A stretch of 64,000 nucleotides of DNA from Chloroflexota bacterium. Lineage in GTDB: Bacteria; Chloroflexota; Dehalococcoidia; Lucifugimonadales; Lucifugimonadaceae. A program made the position numbers and the translations under genes. Numbering within the stretch: the first letter of the stretch is position 1; every line of letters starts with the position of its first letter. The notes beneath the pieces were generated by a model. It saw nothing but the letters and a program-made list of their open reading frames with translations. It did not search any database and was not told where the DNA came from. The stretch is taken from positions 1 to 64,000 of the forward strand of contig PBHC01000009.1 in assembly GCA_002719295.1 (NCBI GenBank), given 5' to 3'. Of the stretch, positions 10,361-20,465 are shown piece after piece.

Positions 10361-10642
10361 TTATTTTTTACTCTTCTTAAACATTGCAAGCATTCTGTCA
10401 GTTACTAGAAAGCCTCCAACAACGTTGATAGTAGCTAAAACAACACCAATGACAGAAAATATTGTAGCAAGGGTACTATGAGTATTTGATGCTATTATTA
10501 TTGCTCCTACTATTACTACTCCAGATATTGCATTTGAACCAGACATAAGCGGAGTATGTAGTGTAGGAGGAACTTTTGTGATTATTTCATAGCCTATAAA
10601 TAAGGCTAGAATAAAAATAATTATTAGTGATATTAATTCCAA
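10361..10642 (-). CDS. pntAB: NAD(P) transhydrogenase alpha subunit part 2
   Basis: VPPTLHTPLMSGSNAISG, NVVGGFLVTDRMLAMF. Confidence 0.95.
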   Translation of the reverse strand: MELISLIIIFILALFIGYEIITKVPPTLHTPLMSGSNAISGVVIVGAIIIASNTHSTLATIFSVIGVVLATINVVGGFLVTDRMLAMFKKSKK

Positions 10643-10644
10643 AA

Positions 10645-11754
10645 TTATGCCTCTATTCTTTTCTTGCCATCTTGAAATACCAACATAGCATCAATTATTT
10701 CATCTTCTAAATTTATTTCTAATTTATTTTCAGTTACCATGATTTCTAATAGACCAAAAATATTTTTTGAATATACTATTGATGCGTCATAAGCCATTTC
10801 AGATGATAAATTTTTTGGGCCATGAACTAAAGTCCCGTTTACGTCTACTGATTCTCCGAGAATAGTACATTCACAGTTACCTCCTGAGGGGGCAGAAATA
10901 TCTACTATCACGCTACCAGGTTTCATTTGTTCAACTGTACTTTTTTCAATTAAAATTGGAGCTTTTCTTCCGGGAATAGCTGCAGTCGATATAACAGCAT
11001 CTGATTTTAGTATATATTCCTTGAGAAATTCAAGCTGAGAAGTTTGTGTATCTTTAGATTGCTCTTTCGCATATCCCCCAGAAGTTTCTGTATCTTCAGG
11101 AATTTCATCTGATATAAATTTAGCCCCCAAAGATTCAATTTGTTCTCCAGCTGCTAATCTAATATCGTAACCTGTTACATCTGCACCTAATCTTTTAGCG
11201 GTAGCAATTGCTTGCAAACCAGCTACACCTGCTCCTAAAACTAATATTGAAGAAGGAGGAATTGTACCTGCTGCAGTCATCATAAGAGGTAGATATTTTT
11301 TCAGAGACGTAGCGGCTAATAATCCTGCTCTATAACCTGCTATGGAAGCTTGAGAAGAAAGAGCATCTAATTTTTGAGCTCTTGCTATTCTTGGTACAAA
11401 CTCCATTGCAAATAAAGAAAGGTTATTATTTTCACATATCTTAGAAATTTCTTGATCTGTTCTTACGTCAGTTAGGCTTATCACAGAACTATTTTTTATG
11501 AAATCTGATTTTTTATTATAGAAAGCATTCAACCCTGTGACAATACTTACTTTATTAGAAAGTTTTTTAACAATTTTTGCACCAGATGATTCATACTCTT
11601 TATTTGTGTAACCAGCTTTATTCCCAGAATTTTCTTCGACTTCAACTGATATACCTAAATTGATAATAGATTTAATATCTTTTGGGACTATAGAAACTCT
11701 ATTTTCAGAAGGATCTTCCTCTTTTTTTACACCTAAGATTATATTATCTGCCAA
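10645..11754 (-). CDS. pntAA: NAD(P) transhydrogenase alpha subunit part 1
   Basis: PRIARAQKLDALSSQASIAGY, GAGVAGLQAIATAKRLGA, GGYAKE. Confidence 0.95.
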   Translation of the reverse strand: MADNIILGVKKEEDPSENRVSIVPKDIKSIINLGISVEVEENSGNKAGYTNKEYESSGAKIVKKLSNKVSIVTGLNAFYNKKSDFIKNSSVISLTDVRTDQEISKICENNNLSLFAMEFVPRIARAQKLDALSSQASIAGYRAGLLAATSLKKYLPLMMTAAGTIPPSSILVLGAGVAGLQAIATAKRLGADVTGYDIRLAAGEQIESLGAKFISDEIPEDTETSGGYAKEQSKDTQTSQLEFLKEYILKSDAVISTAAIPGRKAPILIEKSTVEQMKPGSVIVDISAPSGGNCECTILGESVDVNGTLVHGPKNLSSEMAYDASIVYSKNIFGLLEIMVTENKLEINLEDEIIDAMLVFQDGKKRIEA

Positions 11755-11878
11755 ATTTACTCCTGAAATTTTGAAAAAAAACTTTGTTATTTAAAATTTT
11801 TATAATATTAAAATATTATATCCCTAAATTAAATTGAATATACTGTTTAACTAATTGAATAATAAAGGAGTAGAAAAT

Positions 11879-12196
11879 ATGTATCTAATTAGAAGAACCT
11901 ACAAGACTAAACCATATGAAGCAGTTAACGTAGCTAAATTGGTAAAAGAGCAAGCTGACATGTATACATCTATTGGACAAAGAGATGAATGTAGAGTGTA
12001 TTATAACAACGGTACTAACCCTGGAGAACCTAATAGAGTTTATCTAGAATGGACTGCAGAAGTATTTGATAACCCAAGTAGAGAAGGAAATGTTATTCCT
12101 AAAGAAGTAATGGCATTAGGAGCAAAATATAGACCTTTATTAGATGCAGATAATGGCCCTTCTAACTGGATTGAATTTTGGACTATTTTAGATTAG
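11879..12196 (+). CDS. Hypothetical protein (possible dimeric alpha-beta barrel/NIPSNAP-like fold)
   Basis: AAGGAG Shine-Dalgarno then ATG at 11879; clean ORF. Fold guessed from the pattern only. Confidence 0.65.
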   Translation: MYLIRRTYKTKPYEAVNVAKLVKEQADMYTSIGQRDECRVYYNNGTNPGEPNRVYLEWTAEVFDNPSREGNVIPKEVMALGAKYRPLLDADNGPSNWIEFWTILD

Positions 12197-12405
12197 CCGC
12201 CTCTGGGATATCGTTCATCTGAATGTAATTCTCTAATAATTGCTTTAACCTCATTGAAAAATCTGGTTTTTTCTTCAATTTGTTCAAATATTTCATCGCT
12301 ATCTTCTTTGTCATAAAGATCCATAATTTCTTCATGTATATTTTCTGCTAAAGTTGATAATTCTGATACTGTTAGATTATCTAAATTTTTAGAATCTTCA
12401 TTCAT
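12193..12405 (-). CDS. Small acidic helical hypothetical protein
   Basis: 70-aa ORF 7 nt downstream of the preceding minus-strand gene; stop overlaps the convergent gene. Confidence 0.6.
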   Translation of the reverse strand: MNEDSKNLDNLTVSELSTLAENIHEEIMDLYDKEDSDEIFEQIEEKTRFFNEVKAIIRELHSDERYPRGG

Positions 12406-12412
12406 GTTTAAA

Positions 12413-13273
12413 TTAGATAGTTTTAGTAAGATTGCTCTTGAAAATGTTATTTTGAACTAAGCTTATTTGATTTGTAATTTTTTCTACAGTTTCTTGATCT
12501 GTTGCTTGTTTAGTACTCCAAGCTATGAGTGAATCTATGAAAAAATCTCCATTCAAAACGAAGTTTTCTAAATTCAAATCTGAGTGTGTATTTATATTCT
12601 TATCGGCATGTGGATATTCAAGAATACACTTATTGTTAGATTCATTCTCTAAATTGACTAAACCTATTAAAGTTTCGTCAAATATTTCGTCGCCACTTTT
12701 TCTTATTCCCCAAAATTGAGGCTTAATATCTTTATTAATTAATGTTTCTATCCCTGAAATAATAATCTCTTTTTCTTCATGGTTTTTATTATTTTCAAGC
12801 TTACTTTTAAAATCTATATCAATAATTAAACCTTTATTGTAAGAATTACAAATTTCAATTAATCCCAATAAACGATCTATAGCTAATTCTTCTGCTAATT
12901 TACTTCTGTTTTTTTCAAAATAAATTTTAACGCTCAGCAAATTAGGGTCAAAAATATTTATTATTTCTAATGCATCTTTTGCACTTGGTACTGCTAAGCC
13001 CCCTCTATTTATATGTTCAATTGCAATAGCAGTCTTAATATTTTCTTTTTTTGATTGAAATAAAATTCCTTCGCATAAATTAGGTTCTGCCCATATAAAG
13101 TAGTTGTTGTCTTTATTTGCTTGATTTAATGAATCAAAAATCAAGTTTGCAGCTTTACTTGCTTGAAGTTTTTCGAGAGCTGATTTGGGACGATTTTGTT
13201 CTAAATTACAGGATAATACATTTGTTCTATTATCTAGTCCTATAAAAAAGTTATTTTGTTTATTATCAATCAT
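12413..13273 (-). CDS. Diverged DUF2090/IolC C-terminal (class I aldolase-like TIM barrel) protein
   Basis: FIGLDNR (cf. LAFDHR), KAANLIFD, VKIYF, KPQFW; sits after tal/pgi. Confidence 0.5.
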   Translation of the reverse strand: MIDNKQNNFFIGLDNRTNVLSCNLEQNRPKSALEKLQASKAANLIFDSLNQANKDNNYFIWAEPNLCEGILFQSKKENIKTAIAIEHINRGGLAVPSAKDALEIINIFDPNLLSVKIYFEKNRSKLAEELAIDRLLGLIEICNSYNKGLIIDIDFKSKLENNKNHEEKEIIISGIETLINKDIKPQFWGIRKSGDEIFDETLIGLVNLENESNNKCILEYPHADKNINTHSDLNLENFVLNGDFFIDSLIAWSTKQATDQETVEKITNQISLVQNNIFKSNLTKTI

Positions 13274-14693
13274 TAATTAAGTTATTTAAATTTTTCATTA
13301 ATTCTTCATAATTTGTTTCAAAATAAAGAGATTTCCTTTCATTTTTGATCAATTCTAAATGATCAGAATATCCCTGTTTTTTTACAAATGTATTTAGAGT
13401 GTACAATGAATTTGGGATATTAAGGTCCTCGTTACCGTGTAAATTTATAACTAAATTTTGTATGTTTTTGAAGCTACCTTTCAATAATTGCCCCATAGAA
13501 TGAAGATAATTTGGAGCAAAAAAGATCAAGACTCTTTGATCTTCTGACGAAATCTTAGAAGTTGATTTAATTAGATTTTTTTTCTGCTCTATATCTATAT
13601 TAGTTCCATGAATTAATAATGAAATAATTCCTTTATTTTCTTTTATTTCTTTAACTAATGCACTTAAATTAGCCTTATCTAAAAAACTTGTATCATCTAT
13701 ATTTTTCGTTTCAAGCAAAGATTTAGTTGTAATTTTAGTAGACTCTACGTTTGGTTGATCAAATGGTTGTATGTCTATTAAAGAGCAAAATATTGATATT
13801 GCATACATGAGGATTTGAAATTTATAAAATAAAGATTCACTATAATCAATTTTTAAGTTTATTTTTGTGTCTGTAAATAAATCTTCATTTGACGAAAAGC
13901 TTATTAATGGATAAATGGTATTTATATCTTTTATAGGAAGAATTCCGTTTTCTTCTTTACCTGTTGATTCAGAGATAAGTTGTTCAATCCAATCTGCAAT
14001 ATAGTCATTTTCGTTTTGGGAATATATTGAAAATAATTTTTTATTTTTTTTATAATTATGAAAAAGAATTGCTGCTATTTTTATAGCCGGATTATTATAT
14101 TGGTTTGATTTGCAGTCTTTATTTGCTTTATTTATATTAGCAATAATTTTATCTAAATTAAATCCAGCTAAATAAAAAGGTAAAATTCCTAAATGAGTTG
14201 AAATGCTAAATCTACCTCCTGTTTGCTTAGGGGTTGCTAATATATTTTTCTTATCCTTTAAGTCATCTTGTATATAGAATTTATTGATTTTGTTTGTTGT
14301 AATGATTTGATCTAAAATTGCAGTCTCTAAAGTATTTCTAGATTTAGAACAAATAAAAATAGCTGTTGATGGATTATTAAGGATTTCTTTGGTGTTTTTT
14401 ATTGTTGAAATATCAAAATTATCAATAAATTCTATTTTTGATGGATTAATGAAAGATGCAATCCTTGCCATACTTATAGATCCACCCATTCCTATAAAAA
14501 TATATTTTTCAAAACGTCCTATATTTAAGTAAGTTTTTTCAAAATCATTTATATTGATATTTTTTGTCCATTCAATAGGGATTTCTTTATAATTATCGAA
14601 ATCACCTAGAGGAAAAGATTCTTTATTTGGGTTTAAAATCTTCTCAATTATATTTTGATCAATTATTTGATCTAAATATTCTTGTAAACTCAT
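13266..14693 (-). CDS. pgi: Glucose-6-phosphate isomerase (Tal-Pgi fusion-type Pgi domain)
   Basis: GMGGS, SKS..TLET, GGRFS, WIEQLISESTGK, PFDQPNVESTK, YLHSMGQL. Confidence 0.85.
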   Translation of the reverse strand: MSLQEYLDQIIDQNIIEKILNPNKESFPLGDFDNYKEIPIEWTKNININDFEKTYLNIGRFEKYIFIGMGGSISMARIASFINPSKIEFIDNFDISTIKNTKEILNNPSTAIFICSKSRNTLETAILDQIITTNKINKFYIQDDLKDKKNILATPKQTGGRFSISTHLGILPFYLAGFNLDKIIANINKANKDCKSNQYNNPAIKIAAILFHNYKKNKKLFSIYSQNENDYIADWIEQLISESTGKEENGILPIKDINTIYPLISFSSNEDLFTDTKINLKIDYSESLFYKFQILMYAISIFCSLIDIQPFDQPNVESTKITTKSLLETKNIDDTSFLDKANLSALVKEIKENKGIISLLIHGTNIDIEQKKNLIKSTSKISSEDQRVLIFFAPNYLHSMGQLLKGSFKNIQNLVINLHGNEDLNIPNSLYTLNTFVKKQGYSDHLELIKNERKSLYFETNYEELMKNLNNLIND

Positions 14694-15730
14694 TTATTTA
14701 TTAATTTTGAAATTTTTTGTTCAATAGTTTCTAAAAGAGAATCATATGAATTTTGGAATAATCTGATTCCATCTAATAATAAGGAATCAGTTATTTTTTC
14801 GAAGTTAAAGCTTTCCTTAGAATTTTCATATAGACTCTCAAAGTTTTTGCTTATTTCTAAATTACTTGATGATAAAATTTCAGATTTTAGTAAATAATCT
14901 ATGGTTTCTAATGGAAGGGTATTTATGGTATTAGCTAAAGGAAGATTATATGTATAATATTCTTCATTTAACTCTTTTGCTTTTACACTTGTAGAAGCCC
15001 ATAATAATCTTTGAAAATTTTTTCCCATTTTGTCTTTATTAGATGAAAATAAATCGTATGCACGAAATGCATTAATTATAGCCATTTTATGAAACAATTG
15101 GCTTTTTGAATCGATTATATTATCTACAGCTGTATCTATACGACTAATAAAAAATGATGCAACTGAGTTTGATTTTTTGTTTTTATCTTTAGACTCAATA
15201 AAAGCATTTAAAGTATTTTTATAGCTTTCAAATGAGAATAATAAAGTTATATTTACATTGATTCCATTTTCAAGTAATTGTTTTGTAGCTTTGATCCCTT
15301 CTGTTGTTCCAGGGATTTTAATCATAAGATTTTTTCTGTCTACTTTGGACCAGAGTTTTTCTGCTTCATGAATTGTTTTGTCACAATCATCAGCTAAATA
15401 TGGATCAACTTCCAATGATACAAACCCATCATTTTGATTTGTGTTCTCATAGACGGGAAACAAAATATCTGCAGCATTTCTAATATCGTCAGTAGCAATC
15501 TCTTCAAATATATCTTTAGGTGAGGAATATTTTTCTGATAAATTTAAAATTTTTTTATCATATGAATCACTAGAACTAATTGCTTTATCAAATATTGAAG
15601 GATTACTTGTCACTCCACTTATTCCAGCATTTATCAAGTTTTTAAGATCTCCAGATTCAATCATTTGTTTACTTATTGAATCTAGCCAAATTGATTGACC
15701 ATTACTAATTAAGTTTTTTATATTTGTCAT
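14690..15730 (-). CDS. tal: Transaldolase
   Basis: QSIWLD, GVTSNPSIF, MIKIPGT, NITLLFS, VASFFISRID, QRLLWAST. Confidence 0.95.
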   Translation of the reverse strand: MTNIKNLISNGQSIWLDSISKQMIESGDLKNLINAGISGVTSNPSIFDKAISSSDSYDKKILNLSEKYSSPKDIFEEIATDDIRNAADILFPVYENTNQNDGFVSLEVDPYLADDCDKTIHEAEKLWSKVDRKNLMIKIPGTTEGIKATKQLLENGINVNITLLFSFESYKNTLNAFIESKDKNKKSNSVASFFISRIDTAVDNIIDSKSQLFHKMAIINAFRAYDLFSSNKDKMGKNFQRLLWASTSVKAKELNEEYYTYNLPLANTINTLPLETIDYLLKSEILSSSNLEISKNFESLYENSKESFNFEKITDSLLLDGIRLFQNSYDSLLETIEQKISKLINK

Positions 15731-15731
15731 T

Positions 15732-16187
15732 TTAAGATAAGTTTTCTTCTTCTATTTGATCTAATTTTTCTTTTCTTCTAATGAATCTTTCTTCATCTAC
15801 AAACTTAGCATTTATAAATTCAGCTACAATTTCTTTTGCTAAGGCATCTCCAATAATTCTTCCTCCCAAGCATACAACGTTCATATCATCGTGTTCAACG
15901 CCTTGACTAGCAGAATAAGTGTCATGACAAATAGCAGCTCTTACATCTTTATATTTATTTGCTACAACAGATGCACCAACTCCTGAACCACATAATATTA
16001 TCCCTTTATCGTATGATTTATTGCTTATAGCATTAGCTACTAATTTAGAAGTATCAGGATAATCATCATTTGGATCATATTCAGTATCATTTAAGTCTTT
16101 TATTTCAAAACCTAGTGATTGAATATGTTTGATTAGTATTTTTTTTAATTCAAATCCACCATGATCGGCACTTATACAAATTTTCAT
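15732..16187 (-). CDS. rpiB: Ribose-5-phosphate isomerase B
   Basis: ADHGGFELK, DYPD, CGSGVG, ANK, HDDMNV. Confidence 0.95.
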   Translation of the reverse strand: MKICISADHGGFELKKILIKHIQSLGFEIKDLNDTEYDPNDDYPDTSKLVANAISNKSYDKGIILCGSGVGASVVANKYKDVRAAICHDTYSASQGVEHDDMNVVCLGGRIIGDALAKEIVAEFINAKFVDEERFIRRKEKLDQIEEENLS

Positions 16188-16192
16188 TTGAT

Positions 16193-18181
16193 TTATCTTA
16201 AAATTATTTTTGTTTTTTCAATTATTCTATCACTTGAAAAACCAAAAGAATTAATTAATTCTTTGCCCGGCGCAGAAGCACCAAAAGATTCAATAGAAAT
16301 TATACTGTCGTTGTTTTTAGTATATTTTTGCCATCCTAGACCAATTCCTGCTTCAACAGAAATGATGTTTTTGGTCTCAGTTGGGATTATTTTATTTTTA
16401 AATTCTTCTGATTGGTTATCAAATAATTCCCAGCAGGGCATCGAAACAACTCTAACTTTATGATTACTGCTTAATTCTTTTGCAGCAATTATAGTTTCTG
16501 AGACTTCAGAACCAGTAGATAAAAAAATAATTTCTGGAATATCTTGAGTATTTTCATAGCAAATATATGCACCTTTTGAAAAATCTTCATTTGTAAGTTT
16601 GTTATTACTCAAAGATTCTATATCTGGTAATGCTTGCCTTGAAAGAATTAAAGCCGATGGTTTATCCTTAGTGTTAATTGCAGTATGCCATGCAAATACA
16701 GTTTCTTTTTTATCTGCAGGTCTAAAGACATTTAAATTTGGGATGCTTCTTAGGCTCATAAGTTGAGATATTGGTTGATGCGTAGGCCCATCTTCTCCAA
16801 GTCCAATTGAGTCATGAGTAAAAATCCAAATACTATTTAAGTTTGATAAGGCACTTAATCTAACAGAACCTCTCATATAGTCTGAAAAAACTAGAAAAGT
16901 TCCACCAAATACTCTGTAATTTCCATGTGCAGAAATACCATTCATTATTCCGCCCATCCCGTGCTCTCTGACGCCAAATTTTATGTTTCTACCTTCAGGA
17001 TTTGTTTTTGAAAAATTAGACGAATCTTTGATTTCTGTATTTGTTGACCCAGTTAAGTCTGCAGATCCACCTATTAAATTTGGCATAAAATCTTTAATAA
17101 GATTTATAGATTTCCCAGATGATGCTCTTGTAGCTTCTGCATCATTTACTTCATTGATAGAATCTAATAATTTAGCATCCCAGTCAAACTCGAGTTCGCC
17201 ATGTAATATTTTTTCTAATTCTTTATTTAAATCAGGGTTTTGATTCTTAAAATCTTTATATTTTGAATTCCATTTTGATTCTATATCTTTTCCATATTCA
17301 ACAGATTCTCTCATATGTAATTTAACATCTTGAGGAACTTCAAATTCTGAATATTCCCAGTTTAAATTTTTTCTTGTAAGCACTGTTTCATCTTCACCAA
17401 GTGGCTCACCATGTGCAGATTCTTTTCCAGATTTATTAGGGGATCCATAACCTATTGTTGTTTTAGCAATAATAAGAGTTGGTTTATTTAAATTGCTTTT
17501 TGCTTTGTTTATTGTACTTTCTAATTCATTTATATTTAATCCATCTATATCTTCAAAGACTTCCCATCCATAGGATCTAAATCTATCTCCTACGTTTTCA
17601 GTAAAAGCAAGATCATTGCTTCCATCTATTGATATGTTATTTGAATCATATATATAAATTATTTTTCCGAGTCCTAAGGTTCCAGCTAAGGATGCAGCTT
17701 CTGATGCAATACCTTCTTGCAAGTCTCCATCGCCAACTATCCCATATATGTAATGGTCAATTATTTTTTTGTATTTTGAGGACAACATTTTTTCAGAAAT
17801 TGCCATACCAACTCCATTTGCAAATCCTTGGCCCAAGGGACCTGTAGTAACTTCTATTCCTAGGCTTAAGTCTCTCTCAGGATGGCCTGGTGTTTTTGAA
17901 CCAAATTGACGAAATTTCTTAAGATCATTTAATTCAAAGTCATATCCTGAAAGATATAAAACAGAATAAAGTAAAGCTGAAGCATGTCCTATAGATAATA
18001 TAAATCTATCTCTATTATAAAACTTAGGATTATTGGGATTATGTTTCATGATTTTTTTAAATAATGTGTAAGCAATTGGAGCAGCTCCCATTGGAGCTCC
18101 AGGATGCCCAGAGTTTGCACTATTTACTTGATCTATTGAAAGAAATCTAAGCGCGTTTATCGATTTTTCTTCTATATTCAT
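16193..18181 (-). CDS. tkt: Transketolase
   Basis: SGHPG, TTGPLGQG, GDGDLQEG, GVREHGM, THDSIGLGEDGPTHQP. Confidence 0.97.
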   Translation of the reverse strand: MNIEEKSINALRFLSIDQVNSANSGHPGAPMGAAPIAYTLFKKIMKHNPNNPKFYNRDRFILSIGHASALLYSVLYLSGYDFELNDLKKFRQFGSKTPGHPERDLSLGIEVTTGPLGQGFANGVGMAISEKMLSSKYKKIIDHYIYGIVGDGDLQEGIASEAASLAGTLGLGKIIYIYDSNNISIDGSNDLAFTENVGDRFRSYGWEVFEDIDGLNINELESTINKAKSNLNKPTLIIAKTTIGYGSPNKSGKESAHGEPLGEDETVLTRKNLNWEYSEFEVPQDVKLHMRESVEYGKDIESKWNSKYKDFKNQNPDLNKELEKILHGELEFDWDAKLLDSINEVNDAEATRASSGKSINLIKDFMPNLIGGSADLTGSTNTEIKDSSNFSKTNPEGRNIKFGVREHGMGGIMNGISAHGNYRVFGGTFLVFSDYMRGSVRLSALSNLNSIWIFTHDSIGLGEDGPTHQPISQLMSLRSIPNLNVFRPADKKETVFAWHTAINTKDKPSALILSRQALPDIESLSNNKLTNEDFSKGAYICYENTQDIPEIIFLSTGSEVSETIIAAKELSSNHKVRVVSMPCWELFDNQSEEFKNKIIPTETKNIISVEAGIGLGWQKYTKNNDSIISIESFGASAPGKELINSFGFSSDRIIEKTKIILR

Positions 18182-18183
18182 AA

Positions 18184-19104
18184 TTAATTTACTTGATCAC
18201 CTTTAGTTTGCATTTTTATTTTATACAAAGATTTATCTGAAGCGATAAATAGTTCATCAAAGTTTTCTCCTCCAAAACATAAATTTGCTGTTCTTTGCTC
18301 AGGAATTTGTATCTTTGCTATTAATTCTCCTTTAGGGGAATAAATTTGTATACCGTCCCAAGCTGATGAAAATAGATTTCCATTAACATCAACCTTGATT
18401 CCATCTGGCTTTCCAGGCCTGGGAGTAGCAAAAACTCTTTTGTTTTCTATGGAGTTGTCCACGATATCATAGGAAAAAATATTACCAGTAGATCCAGTAT
18501 CAGTAATATAAACAATTTTTTCATCTGGAGAAAAAGCTATTCCATTTGGTGCATCAATCTCAGATGTAAGTAATGTAACAATATTCATCTTATCAATCAT
18601 ATAAACACCGTTGTAAATTGTTTCTGATCGAGATTCATAACCTTCATGATTGCTCATGATTCCATACTGAGGATCTGTAAACCAAATTGACCCGTCAGAT
18701 TTACAAATAAGATCATTAGGGGAATTATATTTTTTTCCATCGACTTGATTGGTTATTATATCTACATTACCATTTTGATCTGTTCTGCTCACTGCTCTAC
18801 GTCCATGTTCAGCTGTAATCATAAAACCATCTAAATCAACACTGTTTCCATTTGAAAAATTAGAAGGATGTCTGTAGGTACCAGTTTTATCATTTTTTAA
18901 GTCGTAATAAAGCATTCTGTTATTTGGGATGTCTGACCATACAACAATATTTTTTTCTTTCAAATAAATAGGCCCTTCTGCCCATTCACATCCTTCAAAT
19001 ACTTTTACTATATTTTTATCTTTTAAAAATAATGAAGTAGAACTTTCGTCAATTATTTCAACTTCTTTTCGTAGTTCTTTAGAATCTCTAAATAGTTTTA
19101 CCAT
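18184..19104 (-). CDS. SMP-30/gluconolactonase/LRE family lactonase
   Basis: WAEGP, WSDIP, NSPND, FTDP, PNGIAFSPD, PDGIKVD, NLCFGG. Confidence 0.92.
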   Translation of the reverse strand: MVKLFRDSKELRKEVEIIDESSTSLFLKDKNIVKVFEGCEWAEGPIYLKEKNIVVWSDIPNNRMLYYDLKNDKTGTYRHPSNFSNGNSVDLDGFMITAEHGRRAVSRTDQNGNVDIITNQVDGKKYNSPNDLICKSDGSIWFTDPQYGIMSNHEGYESRSETIYNGVYMIDKMNIVTLLTSEIDAPNGIAFSPDEKIVYITDTGSTGNIFSYDIVDNSIENKRVFATPRPGKPDGIKVDVNGNLFSSAWDGIQIYSPKGELIAKIQIPEQRTANLCFGGENFDELFIASDKSLYKIKMQTKGDQVN

Positions 19105-20463
19105 TTACTTTTTTCTTGTTATTCTTTTTTTTCTAATATCGGAAGAAACCAATGAAATCTGTTCTACTAGATTTTTGTTAGATAGTCTTGAACAGATTTT
19201 TTCTGTAAAAATTGAATCAGAAGATAATTGTTCTTTATTTGAGTTATAAGTTTTTATTTTTTCATGACTTATACTCGAATTAATAACTGTGTATTTTAAG
19301 TTATCTTGTCTATATGAGATAAGGTTGTAAATAATTTCATCAGACCATTTTGTATTATTATGCCCCCATAAGTCATCTAAAAAAAGGTAATCTACATCTT
19401 TGCACAAGTCATAAACAAAACCTTTACCTTGATTAGATCTTACAAAATCTCTAACGTTATCAATTAGTTCAGATGATGAGATATAAAAAAGATTTGAATT
19501 TTTTTTATTTATTTCATTTGCGATTGCCGCAGTAAGGTAACTCTTTCCAGATCCCGTTCCACCATGAATAAATAGCCAAGAAGGATTTTCACTTTCAACA
19601 AATTCCTTAGATTTTAGTAGAGCCATCTCTATTGAATCAAATGTTATTTTTTCTTCTTGAGTTAATTCTTTGTTTGGCTTCCTAGTTAATTTTCTTAATT
19701 TTGAATTTTCAAAAACTTTAGGAATTCCATTTCCTTTATGATTAGTACCTTTTGAATCAAGGTGAATAGTCTGTACTAGATTTGGATCCGTGAATCTAGT
19801 TTGTGATCTCTCATCAAAATCTAAAATGTTTTTATTTATAACAACAACTGTTGGTAACTTTCGTGTATATCTATAAGTGAATAAATGATCCATTTTTTCT
19901 TCTATCCATTCAGAATATTTTTGATTTCCATAATCATCAATTATTAGAAATGGATAATCTATAAGTTCATTAAAAGTATTTTCATCAGAGTTTGAATTTG
20001 TATTAGTAATGATATCTATAAATTCTTGAGTAGATTTATAAATCACTGTATTGTCGTTATTTATACAATTAATTGCTATTCCTACAGCAAGATGAGTTTT
20101 GCCTGTTCCTGGTTCACCACTTATAACCAACCATCCCATAGGATTTTTTGAGTAATCATCTGCTTTTCTTAAATTTTCTCTCAAGTTCTTAGGATCTGCT
20201 TTTCCTATTTTTCCATCAATTCTAAATTTTTTTAGGTCATATTCTAAAAGTTGATTTACTCCTGCAAATCTTAATTTTATTTTAGTTTCTAAATCATCAG
20301 ATTTACCTTTTTGACATGAACAAGGAACTGTTTCTTTATTTACAATTATCCATCTTGCAGAGTTACAAATTTCACATTCAAGAAAGTCAGATTCATTTTC
20401 AAGTTCTTCAAAATAATTTGAAGTGAATTTTCTATTATTTAATATTTCTTTAAGGCTTTCCAA
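19105..20463 (-). CDS. DnaC/IstB-like AAA+ protein with two tandem ATPase domains (probable helicase loader)
   Basis: N-terminal CEIC...CSC; Walker A GEPGTGKT and GGTGSGKS; Walker B LIIDDYG and LFLDDLW; lies 2 nt after dnaB. Confidence 0.85.
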   Translation of the reverse strand: MESLKEILNNRKFTSNYFEELENESDFLECEICNSARWIIVNKETVPCSCQKGKSDDLETKIKLRFAGVNQLLEYDLKKFRIDGKIGKADPKNLRENLRKADDYSKNPMGWLVISGEPGTGKTHLAVGIAINCINNDNTVIYKSTQEFIDIITNTNSNSDENTFNELIDYPFLIIDDYGNQKYSEWIEEKMDHLFTYRYTRKLPTVVVINKNILDFDERSQTRFTDPNLVQTIHLDSKGTNHKGNGIPKVFENSKLRKLTRKPNKELTQEEKITFDSIEMALLKSKEFVESENPSWLFIHGGTGSGKSYLTAAIANEINKKNSNLFYISSSELIDNVRDFVRSNQGKGFVYDLCKDVDYLFLDDLWGHNNTKWSDEIIYNLISYRQDNLKYTVINSSISHEKIKTYNSNKEQLSSDSIFTEKICSRLSNKNLVEQISLVSSDIRKKRITRKK

Positions 20464-20465
20464 AA

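Noticed and set aside
19105..20463. IS21 element (IstB-like ATPase)
   Set aside because: No IstA transposase or terminal inverted repeats; the position after rplI-dnaB indicates a replication role
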